A stretch of DNA of 63,831 nucleotides, counting the filler, from an uncultured bacterium (GTDB lineage Bacteria; B130-G9), in NCBI GenBank assembly GCA_965372715.1. It is 3 parts of 3 records of this genome, joined end to end, with 100 filler letters (N's around TTAATTAATTAA, not from the genome) between each part and the next. Parts side by side here need not be neighbours in the genome. Positions count along the whole stretch, not along the records: positions 47,584 to 63,831 come from CBDVDH010000068.1; 2 more parts are not named here. One strand, 5' to 3'. The position numbers and the translations under genes are program-made. The notes beneath the pieces were generated by a model. That model was not told the origin of the DNA and searched no databases. It worked only from the letters and a program-made list of their open reading frames with translations. Positions 48,078 through 58,324 of the stretch are shown here, piece after piece. The first letter of the stretch is position 1. Every line of letters starts with the position of its first letter.

Positions 48078-50150
48078 CTAGCGATGCTCGTGGAACTGGA
48101 TGCCGTACACTAGGTCGAGCGTGGGAGACGGGGCCGGCGGGTCGAGCTGAATGGCGGAGACCCTCACCTGGCCATCCCCTGCTAGCTTAACCGCAATCCT
48201 CTCTATCAGCCGACGCTCAAACACCCAATCGGTTCTGGAGCCTAGGTCTATGCTTACTAGGTGCGTTTGTTCCTTGTGCTCAGGCCATTTGTACTTTGAC
48301 CAGGACGCCGATAGCTTCGCGGACGGATGTTTCATCTCCCTATACACTGGGATGACGGCCGCTGGATTGCTAATGACCTCCCGCTTCGGAAGGACAACCC
48401 ACTCGAGCTGGCAGGTCGTCTCACCCGAAGGCTGCTCGATGTTACCGATTATCGTTACCGAGGCCACGTCCAGTGTGGAGAAGCTGAGGACAGGGCTTAG
48501 GAGCTTGATCGGCCCTCTGGAAAGGTCAAATGAGACCGTAGCATCGGTGCCGTGCCTCGCCGCCCTGACACTTTCTGCAAGGCCCGAATCACCGGATACA
48601 GCGGTCCACTCCGAGAGGGAACGCCCTCCCTGACCCCACACAAGGCTGATCGGCCTGTACTTCTGCCTGCCCAGCTGCGCCTCGAGCTGTCTGCACCTCG
48701 CTGCTAGCTCCTGACTAAGAGCCGCTTCACGGCCGTCCAGCAGAAAGACGAACTCCGGCCCCCGATGGTCCTCGAAGATGTAGTTGATGAGCCTTTCGCA
48801 ACGGAATCTGTCCTTGATTGTGCAGTCGTAGCCATTCAGCAGCGACAGGTTGAATAGGGGGTCTATGTTGGCGAAGTAAAGGACTGTGCCAGGCTCGGGG
48901 ATTCCGGTGACCTCCCTTATCGACTGCAAAGTCCTGCGGACGGGTATGTAGTTCTCGCTCCAGGTACACGTGTTGAGGTAGGCAAAAGGAATCTGAAGCG
49001 CAAAGACGCCAATCGCGGCCACCGGCCCGAGCGAGGTAAGCCACCGCCAACGTTCCGGCAGGCCGAACTTCTCATTAACGCGCCTCCAGCCAATGACGAA
49101 ACACCACGCGACTGCCATGCAATAACCCGCGCTGGGGATGTAACAAAAACGCTCCGCTGGAGGAATCTGGAGGGCCGGAACAATGGCCAGCAGCATAAAC
49201 AGAAGTGAGAAAACATACCGTCTCTTGGCAAAGGGCAGGAATATCAGCAACACTATCCACATCTCATTGGGGAAAAGTGTCAGCCGCAGGTATTCGACAA
49301 GGTTTTGCAGCGTCTCAACGGGATCGCTAAGAAACTCGCTCGCATAGCCCACATTCTGATCGTAGCGCATGAGCCGGAAGACTAGATAACCGGCGAATAT
49401 GGCAAGGAACGGCAGCGAGCGCTTGATGGCAGCGGCAACGGATGCAACCACCTTTGGCCTCTTGACGTGCAGGCACATGTCGTAGGCGAGCATGACCAGA
49501 GGGAGCATAATGCCGACCTCCTTTGCGCCGAGGCAAAGGACCTCAAACACGCATGTGAGAAGACATAGGATGCGTACTGAGCGACGGCCTTTTTCCAAAG
49601 CGGATTCAATATATCGGTCGAACATGATCATCGTGGCGAGAAAGAAGGTCATGCACGAGGCGTCATACATCGACGCCAAGAGGCACACGACCTCGCTGTG
49701 GATGGGGTGAGTCGCGAATAAAAGCCCAGAAATCACCGCCGCCATGTCGTTTCTCAGCACGCGCCTCGCCAGCGTGAAAACCAGCCAGATGTTGGTTACG
49801 TGCAGGAAGAAGAGGATGAATGTGTAGCCGATGTAATTGTTCCCAAAGAGAGCATAACCAAGCCGCCAGACGAGCATTGCCGTGGGTCGGCAGAAGTTCC
49901 ATAGGCCGTTCCAGACCTGATCGACAAGTGCAGCGAATGAGAATGGGAAAAAGTGGACGAATGCGACCGGGACGGGGAAATCATCGAGGCACATACCGTG
50001 AATGGCGAGTGTGAGGAGAATGGCAAGCGGCAGGAAGACATACCACCGCAGAAGCAGCCTCGCGGCTTTCGATTCCCAGATTGTCAGCCCATTTTCCATG
50101 CGAGAGAGGCTATCAATTGCGCCCTCCCCCTGCAAGCGGACGAGGTCCAT
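48078..50150 (-). CDS. GT-C fold (GT39/TMTC-like) membrane glycosyltransferase
   Basis: CRP, LHVTN, LFATHPIHSEVV, GAKE, ERFCYIPS; many TM segments. Confidence 0.72.
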   Translation of the reverse strand: MDLVRLQGEGAIDSLSRMENGLTIWESKAARLLLRWYVFLPLAILLTLAIHGMCLDDFPVPVAFVHFFPFSFAALVDQVWNGLWNFCRPTAMLVWRLGYALFGNNYIGYTFILFFLHVTNIWLVFTLARRVLRNDMAAVISGLLFATHPIHSEVVCLLASMYDASCMTFFLATMIMFDRYIESALEKGRRSVRILCLLTCVFEVLCLGAKEVGIMLPLVMLAYDMCLHVKRPKVVASVAAAIKRSLPFLAIFAGYLVFRLMRYDQNVGYASEFLSDPVETLQNLVEYLRLTLFPNEMWIVLLIFLPFAKRRYVFSLLFMLLAIVPALQIPPAERFCYIPSAGYCMAVAWCFVIGWRRVNEKFGLPERWRWLTSLGPVAAIGVFALQIPFAYLNTCTWSENYIPVRRTLQSIREVTGIPEPGTVLYFANIDPLFNLSLLNGYDCTIKDRFRCERLINYIFEDHRGPEFVFLLDGREAALSQELAARCRQLEAQLGRQKYRPISLVWGQGGRSLSEWTAVSGDSGLAESVRAARHGTDATVSFDLSRGPIKLLSPVLSFSTLDVASVTIIGNIEQPSGETTCQLEWVVLPKREVISNPAAVIPVYREMKHPSAKLSASWSKYKWPEHKEQTHLVSIDLGSRTDWVFERRLIERIAVKLAGDGQVRVSAIQLDPPAPSPTLDLVYGIQFHEHR

Positions 50151-50216
50151 CGAACTCGGCCCGTGTTGAATCCAAACTACCCGATCGCGGGTCTTGGCGA
50201 CGATGGCTCATCGCGT

Positions 50217-51263
50217 TTAGAGTTCGAACTCGTAGCCCAGGCCGAAGATATACGTAACGTCGTATCTCTCGGCGCCCCCGACGGGGTGGCTGTCATAGGA
50301 GTAGTTCACACCCGCGTGGGCAAAGAAGTCGCGCACGAGGGTGAGGCGCAGCCCTGTGTCACTAGTGATATAGACCGAGCTGTCGTCAAAGCTGTAATAG
50401 CCTTCGTAGGAATGGAAGAACCTGATCCCGGCGGGAATCAGTTTGACGCTGAGATCGGTGCCCCAGCGGCCGGCCATGTAGTTATCGTCCTCTCCCCTCT
50501 CGAAATCATCGTTAACGTACGATGGTCCCGCTTCCAGGGCGAACGCGACGCGCTCTATGTCAATCACCTGATAGCCGAGGCCCGCGCCGAGCGTGCTTCG
50601 CAGGCGCAGGTCCGCGAAGTCGTCGGCCTCAAAGAGTGAATGCCCGTAGGCGTATAGTCGGTTCGTTGCGAAGAAGTCGTATTTGAAGCTGCCCGCTGCG
50701 TTGCGCGCGGTCATCATCCGGTCCGTCTCGCCGTAGTTGAACTTGGCTTTGAGCGTGAACCTCTGGCGCTTTGACCTTGCCACGAAACGCGCCGACGCGT
50801 TGGCGGCCATTGTCTCAGTGTTCCCGTCGGTCTGGCTGTATCCCCCGGCCAGGCTCCCCGTGTAGGTAACAGCAGGCGCCGGCGGCGAGGGATTGATCGC
50901 CACGAACTCCAACACTGGTATCGGAAGCGACTCGCCAACCACGTCCCCCACGACCTTAATCGTCCCGGCTGTTGAGCAAACGGCTCGTCCAAAGAGGACC
51001 TGGTTGTCCTTCAGGACAAACTTGTGCGGCATATCCGTGGATATGCAGCTTACGTTCGCCCAGTCAACTTCGACCTCTCCGGCATAGGCGACCACAACGA
51101 GCAGAACACCTTTTTCCATTCTAACGACTTCGCCGGTGAGGCGGTCGCCATTCACGAGGCGCGCCTCGTCGGCAAGCGCGGCTGAAATGCAGATCAGCAG
51201 TAGCGCCAAGCACAGCAGCCAGAATCCATACGCTCTTTGTGTCATTGTCAATCTGTCCTCCAT
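50217..51263 (-). CDS. DUF481 outer-membrane beta-barrel protein
   Basis: Signal peptide, NGDRLTG, GNTE, GAGLGY, C-terminal GLGYEFEL; start uncertain. Confidence 0.82.
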   Translation of the reverse strand: MEDRLTMTQRAYGFWLLCLALLLICISAALADEARLVNGDRLTGEVVRMEKGVLLVVVAYAGEVEVDWANVSCISTDMPHKFVLKDNQVLFGRAVCSTAGTIKVVGDVVGESLPIPVLEFVAINPSPPAPAVTYTGSLAGGYSQTDGNTETMAANASARFVARSKRQRFTLKAKFNYGETDRMMTARNAAGSFKYDFFATNRLYAYGHSLFEADDFADLRLRSTLGAGLGYQVIDIERVAFALEAGPSYVNDDFERGEDDNYMAGRWGTDLSVKLIPAGIRFFHSYEGYYSFDDSSVYITSDTGLRLTLVRDFFAHAGVNYSYDSHPVGGAERYDVTYIFGLGYEFEL

Positions 51264-51375
51264 AACTTCTCTTGTCTGAATCCTTTTACTTGAACGGAAG
51301 ATTACGCTCAAACAAAGCCCAGATCAAAGCAGGAGTGCCCCCGCATAATCTGATTATTGGGATCGGCTTTGGTGA

Positions 51376-51404
51376 TTGACAGAACTGCCAGACAGCCGTA
51401 GGAT
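51376..51404 (+). promoter_or_regulatory. Sigma-70-type promoter
   Basis: TTGACA-N17-TAGGAT. Confidence 0.6.
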
Positions 51405-51463
51405 TTGGCTATTTGAGAGGTCTTTTTGCGGGGAGTCGTTGGGGCGCAACGGGATGGCTGATT

Positions 51464-52429
51464 ATGACAGTTGATTGCGAGGTTTACGTCACGGCCGTCG
51501 TGCCGATGCTCAATGAAGAGGAGTCGGTAGGCGAGCTTTACAGGGAGCTGAAGTCGGCCCTCGACTCAACTAAGAGGCCCTACGAGATCATCTTGGTGGA
51601 TGATGGCAGCACCGATTCGACGCCTCATCTGGCCCTCGAGATATGCAAGGCCGACCAGGGCGTAATGCTCATCCAGCTTTCGCGCAACTTCGGGCATCAC
51701 GCGGCCTCGACGTGTGGGATGGACCACGCCCGCGGCGAGGTCGTCGTGCTCCTGGACGCCGACCTTCAGAACGATCCGGCGGATATTCCGAAGCTCTTGG
51801 AGAAGATCGAGGCGGGCTACGACGTTGCTCGATGCTGGCGTCAGGGCCGTAAGGACCCCCTATGGCGGACTTTTCCGTCCAAGTTCGTCAACTGGCTCAC
51901 CTGTTGGGCCACCGGCGTAAAGCTCCACGACTACGGCTGCTCGATGCTCGCCATGAGGCGCTGCGTGGTCGAGAGGATGTCCCGTTTCAGCGAGCGCAGC
52001 CGACACGTCAGCGGGCTGATAAGCTGGTCTGGGGGGAAGGTCTGCGAACTCAAGGTCCAGCATCGCGAGCGCAAGTTCGGCGCGTCCAAGTATGGATTCA
52101 TCTCGTTGCTGCGGCTGACGGTCAATCTGATAACCGGTTTCTCAACACTTCCCTTGCAGATGGTCGGCGTCTTGGGCATCGGGACAGCCTTGCTGGGATT
52201 CGTCGGCGCCATTTACTTGGTTGTGAAGCGGTACGTCTTTGGCGTTGATCTCGAAGGCGTTGTCATTGCGACCGCAGTAATCTTCGTCTTCATAGGAATG
52301 AACTTCCTCGCTCTCGGCATCATCGGCGAGTATATTGGGCGGATATTCACCGAGGTTCAGGCGAGGCCATATTACATCGTGAGCAGCGTATTTAGAAAAG
52401 CGAAGTCAGGGGAGAAGAAAGACCAATGA
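51464..52429 (+). CDS. GT2 polyprenol-phosphate glycosyltransferase (ArnC/GtrB-like)
   Basis: VDDGSTD, SRNFGH, DADLQNDP, GIIGEYIGRIF. Confidence 0.93.
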   Translation: MTVDCEVYVTAVVPMLNEEESVGELYRELKSALDSTKRPYEIILVDDGSTDSTPHLALEICKADQGVMLIQLSRNFGHHAASTCGMDHARGEVVVLLDADLQNDPADIPKLLEKIEAGYDVARCWRQGRKDPLWRTFPSKFVNWLTCWATGVKLHDYGCSMLAMRRCVVERMSRFSERSRHVSGLISWSGGKVCELKVQHRERKFGASKYGFISLLRLTVNLITGFSTLPLQMVGVLGIGTALLGFVGAIYLVVKRYVFGVDLEGVVIATAVIFVFIGMNFLALGIIGEYIGRIFTEVQARPYYIVSSVFRKAKSGEKKDQ

Positions 52430-53115
52430 GGGGATGGATCACTTGCGGGATCGTTTTATTCGCGGCATGTTCGATCTTTCTGGAGGATTCTCATGCACAA
52501 ACCGTGGCCACAGTTTCGCAGACGGTTCCCCGGATTGTGATGGTCGTTCCTGCCAACGCCTTCCGCGACGAGGAGTTCGAGGTCCCGTTCAAGTATTTTG
52601 GCAGCCACGCCACCGTCATTGTCGCCTCGACCAAGCTCGGCGTGATAACAGGAATGATGGGCCACAAAGCCGAGGCCGAGATGCTTGTCAAGGATATCAA
52701 TGTTGACAAGCTTGATGCGCTAGTCTTCATCGGCGGCGCTGGCGCCCGCCAGTACTGGAGGGACGCGACGGCTCACAAGCTTGCCAGAGAGACTGTCGCA
52801 AAAAAGAAGGTCCTGGCGGCGATCTGCATATCACCCGTTACGCTGGCCTATGCGGGCGTTCTAAAAGGCAAGCGTGCGACGGTCTTCGTCTCTGAGCGCG
52901 GTCGCCTGATCGAGAAGGGCGCCAAGTACACGGGCGAGGAACTCACGATCGACGGGCTGATTGTAACCGCGAGCGGGCCGAAGGCTGCTCAGCGGTTTGC
53001 CGAGGAGGTAATGAGGCTAGTCGTCGAGCAAGCAAGCAAGCGACTAAGAGAGCAAACACCGCGAGAGCTACCAAAAGCCGAATCCTCCGCCAGACCACAC
53101 GGTCGGACACACTAG
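52426..53115 (+). CDS. DJ-1/PfpI family protein with N-terminal signal
   Basis: FRDEE, FIGGAG, AAICISP, TASGP. Confidence 0.88.
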   Translation: MRGWITCGIVLFAACSIFLEDSHAQTVATVSQTVPRIVMVVPANAFRDEEFEVPFKYFGSHATVIVASTKLGVITGMMGHKAEAEMLVKDINVDKLDALVFIGGAGARQYWRDATAHKLARETVAKKKVLAAICISPVTLAYAGVLKGKRATVFVSERGRLIEKGAKYTGEELTIDGLIVTASGPKAAQRFAEEVMRLVVEQASKRLREQTPRELPKAESSARPHGRTH

Positions 53116-53145
53116 ACGCTGCGTCAAGAGGGTCAAGAGAGCCAA

Positions 53146-54366
53146 ATGAGATCGGTACTCGTGATGGTACTGGCTGGCGGCAGGGGCCAGAGGCTGCACC
53201 CCCTTACGAAGGACAGAACAAAGCCCGCTGTGCCCTTTGGTGGTATCTACAGGCTGATCGATTTCACGTTGAGCAACTGCGTCAACTCCGGAATGCGACG
53301 CGTCTATGTCCTAACGCAATACAAATCCGACTCGCTCAACCGCCATTTGAGCCTCGCATGGCGCATCTACAACCGCGAGCTCGACGAGTTCATTGACCCG
53401 ATCCCCGCCCAGCAGCGAATCGGCGCTAGCTGGTATCTTGGCACAGCCGACGCAATATACCAGAACATCGAGCTGATAAAGCGGTCCGGCGCGAAATACC
53501 TCTTCGCTCTATCAGGCGACCACATCTACAAGATGGACTACCGCCTCGTGCTGGATTTCCACAAGGAATACAAGGCGGACGCATCGATCGCTGCCCTCGA
53601 GAAGCCCAGGGAGGTCGCGCGGGCGTTTGGCGTGGCCGCCATTGACACGGAAAGTCGGCTCGTTGACTTCCAGGAGAAGCCCGAGTGTCCGAGGACGATA
53701 CCGGGGCGCGACGACGTGAGCCTCGTCTCGATGGGGGTTTACCTCTTCAACGTTGATTTCCTGCTCGACGCGCTTGAGAAGGACAGAAAGATGGACACCG
53801 AACACGATTTCGGCAAGAACGTCATTCCGACGATGATGAACACGGGCAAGGTCTGCGTCTATGATTTCCGCAACGAACTCACGCTTGAGCCTCGCTACTG
53901 GGAGGACATCGGGACGCTAGATGCTTGCTGGAAAGCCAGCATGGAGCTTTTGGAGTTGAACCCCAAGTTCAACCTTTACAACCCCAAATGGCCAGTCCGC
54001 TGCTATCACGGTCAGTATCCCCCAGCCCGAACCGTCTTTGGGGACGACGACCAGATGGGCTTCACGGGCAACGTGCTCGATTCAATGATATGCGGGGGCT
54101 GCGTCGTCGTCGGCGCAACGGTCAAACACTCTATACTCTCGCCAGGTGTTAGGGTCAGGTGCTACGCCGAGGTCGAAGATTCCGTCGTCATGGACTCAGT
54201 CATCATCGGCAAGAACGCCAAGATCAGAAAGGCGATCATCGACAAAGACGTCGTCATTGAGAACGGCGCCATTATCGGGCATGACGAGGCGCGCGACAGA
54301 CAGCGCTTTGACGTCACCACGGGTGGAGTCGTCGTTGTCCCGAAAGACGCCGTAGTCAAAGCCTGA
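53146..54366 (+). CDS. glgC: Glucose-1-phosphate adenylyltransferase
   Basis: LAGGRG, KPAVPFGG, GTADA, GDHIYKMDY, EKP, SMG, DFG. Confidence 0.97.
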   Translation: MRSVLVMVLAGGRGQRLHPLTKDRTKPAVPFGGIYRLIDFTLSNCVNSGMRRVYVLTQYKSDSLNRHLSLAWRIYNRELDEFIDPIPAQQRIGASWYLGTADAIYQNIELIKRSGAKYLFALSGDHIYKMDYRLVLDFHKEYKADASIAALEKPREVARAFGVAAIDTESRLVDFQEKPECPRTIPGRDDVSLVSMGVYLFNVDFLLDALEKDRKMDTEHDFGKNVIPTMMNTGKVCVYDFRNELTLEPRYWEDIGTLDACWKASMELLELNPKFNLYNPKWPVRCYHGQYPPARTVFGDDDQMGFTGNVLDSMICGGCVVVGATVKHSILSPGVRVRCYAEVEDSVVMDSVIIGKNAKIRKAIIDKDVVIENGAIIGHDEARDRQRFDVTTGGVVVVPKDAVVKA

Positions 54367-54377
54367 TCGGTTGGCAG

Positions 54378-54456
54378 TGTAGGGTAGGCTTTCTAGCCTG
54401 CCATCATTCGTCCCTAGTTGGCGGTTAGCAGTGTAGGGCGGGCTTTCCAGCCTGCC
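54378..54456. repeat. Two tandem GTAG-type REP palindromes
   Basis: GTAGGGTAGGCTTTCTAGCCTGCC and GTAGGGCGGGCTTTCCAGCCTGCC. Confidence 0.75.
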
Positions 54457-54839
54457 AACAACACAAGAGATTAGGCAATACGATCCAGACATCTCATTTG
54501 CCGGCGTGATCGACGTGACGAACCTCGACCGCAAGCGAGACAAGAAGCCCCACATAGTCTAGATCGCGCAGTATTGCTCGTCCACGCTGAAGTTTTCAGG
54601 ACCAAACAAGAGCACGTGGCGGCCCGGATAATCGATGTTTTTCCGAAGAATAATCGAGACTTTTCCGATGATTGGGTGCTCGACGCGAAGGTGGCAGAGG
54701 AGAAGAAGCCTGGCGAATAGCCTTGAGAAGAGCTGGTCGCCATCTCATGTTTGTTGTTCACCAGTTGCCTGTGTTACATTTGGCTCATGCAGGCGGCGTT
54801 GCTCGCGAGTTCTAAACTGAGACTTCTGGGAGGGCATCA

Positions 54840-55063
54840 ATGACGGTCCGGACGTTCACCGCGGTCTTGCACAAGGAAGACGACATCTAGTGGCTGAATG
54901 CCCAGAGGTGGGCACTGTTAGCCAGGGATATACGATTGACGAGGCGATTGAAAACCTGCAGGAGGCAACGGAGCTTTATCTCGAGGAGTTCCCCGCGCGG
55001 GGAATCGACCTTGAGGTATGCGGCTCGAGTCCGTACCGGGGAGGTCAAAGAGGAAGCTCATAG
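54840..55063 (+). pseudogene. HicB-family gene with a 1-nt deletion
   Basis: MTVRTFTAVLHKEDDI* then shifted frame VAECPEVGTVSQGYTIDEAIENLQEATELYLEE. Confidence 0.8.
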
Positions 55064-55178
55064 GTCGTGGACATGTGTGATTAACAGATGAACCGGGCGA
55101 AGCGGTCCCGAGAGTTGATGCATTCCTCGCGGGGCCGTCCTGCCCCGGAAGCAGTGGAGCCAGAGAAGGAGGCCGGAT

Positions 55179-55637
55179 GTGATCAGGGATTTCGAGGCAG
55201 TAAAGAAGCAGCTAAAGGAGCTCGCTAGCATTGTAAACTCATTTTCATCTGAAGCCGTTCAGCTCCGGGTTATTGAATTGGTTTTTGGGATGCAAGATGA
55301 AGAAGAAGTGGGACCCTCACCAGCTGACGAGAAACCCGCTAGGAAGAAACGCACTCCGAAGAAGAAGGCTGGCGTGAAAAAGGAGGGCAGCCCACAAAAG
55401 GCCAGGAAGAAGGCCACTACTGCTAAAGGACCTGCAGTGATTTTGAGTGAGCTAGCCGGGACGGATTTCTTTGAATCTCCGCGAGCCATCAGTGAGATTG
55501 TTGAATACTGCGAAACTAATTATGCGCGCCGCCTCAAGAGCAATCAGTTCTCCCCCAAACTCGGGAGAATGGTGCGTGATGGTGAGTTGACTAGAGAGAA
55601 GAACGCCAATGGCCAATATGAGTATAAGAAAGCATGA
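55179..55637 (+). CDS. Hypothetical protein: N-terminal helices, Lys-rich linker, C-terminal wHTH-like domain
   Basis: GGAGG RBS; FFESPRAISEI..LGRMVRDGELTR..GQYEY. Confidence 0.75.
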   Translation: MIRDFEAVKKQLKELASIVNSFSSEAVQLRVIELVFGMQDEEEVGPSPADEKPARKKRTPKKKAGVKKEGSPQKARKKATTAKGPAVILSELAGTDFFESPRAISEIVEYCETNYARRLKSNQFSPKLGRMVRDGELTREKNANGQYEYKKA

Positions 55638-56424
55638 CAAATTGTTGGAGAGCGCGCTTGCAGCGATTGGCAAGAAGTTCCGCACGCGAATCATCACATC
55701 TTACCTAGACCTCAAGAGGAATTACGTGGAAAGCCGCTACGAATCTGCGGGCCTTTCCGCGGGGAAGTTCTGCGAGATCGTTTTTCGACATTTGCAGAAT
55801 ACCATCACGGGCACATATGTGCCGTTCAACCAGAAAATCAAGAATTTCGCGGATGCATGTCGAAAGCTGATCGCAGCCCCGAGTGGGGCCGGAACCGAGT
55901 CAGAGCGCGTGATCCTGCCCCGCGCTTTGGTCTTTCTATACACGATGAGGAACAAGAGAGGCATTGGCCATGTCGGCGGCGATGTCGACGCAAATGAAAT
56001 CGACGCTGTCGTGATTGCCCGAACAGCGGATTGGGTATTATGCGAGCTCATACGGATCAATCACCGGATGTCACTCGAGGAGGCTCAAGACCTTGTTGAC
56101 TGCATATCCATTCGTCAAATACCAGCCATCTGGGAGGTTGGAGGAAAGAAGCGGGTCCTATTGGATGGGCTTGCGGCAAAGGACCAGGTCCTTCTTCTGC
56201 TCTATTCCTGTCCCGATTTCGCCGTGTTAGTTGAGGATCTGTGTGATTGGATTGAATACTCCAATCTATCTGTTTTCAGAAGCAATGTCCTGGGGAATCT
56301 GCACACGAATCGACTCCTTGAGCACGACAGAGATGCAGACTACGTCGTTCTGTCACCAAAGGGCGCGAGATGGGTGGAGGAGAACCTACTCAATGGGGGG
56401 GACACGCTGGGTAGCCGTGCGTAG
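55609..56424 (+). CDS. HEPN/Abi_C-like protein with C-terminal wHTH-like domain
   Basis: AGKFCE and RNKRGIGH (R-x6-H); C-terminal LGNLH..LSPKG; overlaps the upstream gene. Confidence 0.7.
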   Translation: MANMSIRKHDKLLESALAAIGKKFRTRIITSYLDLKRNYVESRYESAGLSAGKFCEIVFRHLQNTITGTYVPFNQKIKNFADACRKLIAAPSGAGTESERVILPRALVFLYTMRNKRGIGHVGGDVDANEIDAVVIARTADWVLCELIRINHRMSLEEAQDLVDCISIRQIPAIWEVGGKKRVLLDGLAAKDQVLLLLYSCPDFAVLVEDLCDWIEYSNLSVFRSNVLGNLHTNRLLEHDRDADYVVLSPKGARWVEENLLNGGDTLGSRA

Positions 56425-56459
56425 AACGCAAGGGGCAATGTCAGACCGCCGAACGCCCA

Positions 56460-57353
56460 TCACGGCTTCTTATGTAGCTTGACGATGAGGTCGGCGAGGA
56501 GGCCCAGGACACCGATGATGACGCCGGTCAGGAGGAGTACTATCTCGGACTCCTTGAAGTCATGCAGGACGAACGAGTCGTAAAGACCTTTGATGACGCC
56601 GAGCATGAGGAAGAAGACGGACAGCGGCACAAACACCTTGAGCGGCTTGAAATACATGACGGTCTTGAGGATGAACATCACGTAGCTGTAGGAATCGGCT
56701 ATCGGGTGGAACGTCGATCTGCCCGTGCGCTTCCTATAGTCAATCGGAATGAACGCGACATCCCGCTTCTCGCTCAAAAAGGCCACCGTCATCGTTCCGA
56801 CCCAGGAATGTCCTTCAGGGGTGATGTTGAGGTATCGCATGACGAGGTCGCGCCTCATGGCCCTGAAGCCAGAGTTGAGGTCCTCGATGTGCTCGGACGT
56901 GATGTATTCCGCAAGCCGGCGGATTATCGTCTTGACGGGCTTGCGAAGCCATCGAACCGTCCCTGCCTCCTTTATCCTCGCGCCGACGACCATGTCGTAT
57001 CCCTCGTCAATCTTTGCGAGCAGTCTGGGGATATCCTCGTTCGGATAGGTATTGTCTGCGTCGGTCATGACGATGATCTCACCCCTGGCAGCCTTGACGC
57101 CCCTGGTTCGCGCTACACCGACACCCTTGTTCTCGGGTAGCCGTAGGACGCTGACGCCCATCGCCTCCGCCAGTTCGCCCGTCCCGTCCGTTGAGCCGTC
57201 ATCGACGACGATTACCTCGTAGCTGTAGCCCGACGATTCCATGGCGGTGATTATCGCCTCAATGTCAGCCTCGATAGCCGCCGCCTCGTTGAACGCGGGC
57301 ACGATTATGCTGACGTAAACATCTGTATCGACCACTCGTCGCGATCCCTTCAT
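56460..57353 (-). CDS. GT2 family glycosyltransferase
   Basis: VDDGSTD, TDADNTY, DLNSGFR, two C-terminal TM segments. Confidence 0.92.
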   Translation of the reverse strand: MKGSRRVVDTDVYVSIIVPAFNEAAAIEADIEAIITAMESSGYSYEVIVVDDGSTDGTGELAEAMGVSVLRLPENKGVGVARTRGVKAARGEIIVMTDADNTYPNEDIPRLLAKIDEGYDMVVGARIKEAGTVRWLRKPVKTIIRRLAEYITSEHIEDLNSGFRAMRRDLVMRYLNITPEGHSWVGTMTVAFLSEKRDVAFIPIDYRKRTGRSTFHPIADSYSYVMFILKTVMYFKPLKVFVPLSVFFLMLGVIKGLYDSFVLHDFKESEIVLLLTGVIIGVLGLLADLIVKLHKKP

Positions 57354-57393
57354 TCATATTGAGCCGCATTGCCTACACGCAATTGACCGAGCC

Positions 57394-57422
57394 AATCTAA
57401 GCCCCGGGCGTTGCGTTGTCAA
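57394..57422 (-). promoter_or_regulatory. Sigma-70-type promoter for the GT2 gene
   Basis: Minus strand TTGACA-N17-TAGATT. Confidence 0.55.
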
Positions 57423-57478
57423 TGTCGGGCGTAGGGGCGGAAGTTACCCGGCTGGACCATACTGGCATCTGGTGCGGT

Positions 57479-57537
57479 GTAGGGGCGGTGCTTGCCCCGC
57501 CCTAAAGGCAGAAGGGTGCGGCAAGCAGCACCCCTAC
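57479..57537. repeat. GTAG-type REP doublet
   Basis: GTAGGGGCGGTGCTTGCCCCGCCC ... GGGTGCGGCAAGCAGCACCCCTAC. Confidence 0.8.
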
Positions 57538-57582
57538 AGCATTAGGGATGGCCGGACATTCGCCGCGTCAGGCCGCGGCGAG

Positions 57583-57615
57583 TGAAAGCGGTGCCTGGTC
57601 ACCGCACTCCAAAGC
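57583..57615. repeat. Left 33-bp inverted repeat bounding the terminase cassette
   Basis: TGAAAGCGGTGCCTGGTCACCGCACTCCAAAGC; reverse complement matches 60856-60888 at 32 of 33 positions. Confidence 0.85.
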
Positions 57616-57835
57616 TGTCAATACAAGCGGCAGCAAGTCGAGGTGTCATGGTGAAACCGCGTACATGAGTTGTTGGGCAGAGCGTTGACGTATCAACGCC
57701 TTGACCGCAGTGCGGGACCCGGCCCGAAAAAAACGAGAATCTCGGCCAACAAAACGGGGATTTTCCGACGTTTTCACGGACATTGGTGAATAAGTTTGTG
57801 GTGCGAATGATGAACAAGCGACGAGCGAGGTTTGA

Positions 57836-58324
57836 ATGAGTTGCAGCGAGCGGGACGAGGCGAACGGCAGCGGCAAGAACGGCCTTATGGCCAAGTGGCA
57901 GACACTTCTGAGAGTAGTTGAGCGGCGGTTCAAGGCGGCGATAGCAAAGGAGGAGAAGAACGGGCGGCTCAGGCCCGAGACCGAGAAGACGGTCGCGACA
58001 TACATAAAGACACTCCAGGCGTTTGCAAAGGAGGTCAAGCAGATTGAGGAGAATGGCGAGGGGGACGGCGCAGCGGCGAGGGAGGTTGCTGAGCACCTGT
58101 GGACACTTTCGCTCTCCAAGCGAGACAAGAGCGCAATCGCGTCGGTCCTGAAGGAGCTGAATCTACCAGTGGGCAAACGACCCGGCATAAGAGGTGGCAG
58201 ATCACGTGAGCAAAACCAAAACGATCAGAAGATACAGCAAGGAAGAGCGGATCAAAGAAGGCTTTCGTTCGATGAACCCGACGACGAGAGTGAGGATGGC
58301 CATGGCGCTTTGGGGTCTTCTTGA
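57836..58324 (+). CDS. Hypothetical charged helical protein, putative terminase small subunit
   Basis: GAGG RBS; lies directly upstream of and overlaps TerL; assignment is positional only. Confidence 0.5.
   Translation: MSCSERDEANGSGKNGLMAKWQTLLRVVERRFKAAIAKEEKNGRLRPETEKTVATYIKTLQAFAKEVKQIEENGEGDGAAAREVAEHLWTLSLSKRDKSAIASVLKELNLPVGKRPGIRGGRSREQNQNDQKIQQGRADQRRLSFDEPDDESEDGHGALGSS

Noticed and set aside
54471-54830. Short ORFs after glgC
   Set aside because: May be a gene remnant, but no recognisable motif or consistent frame.
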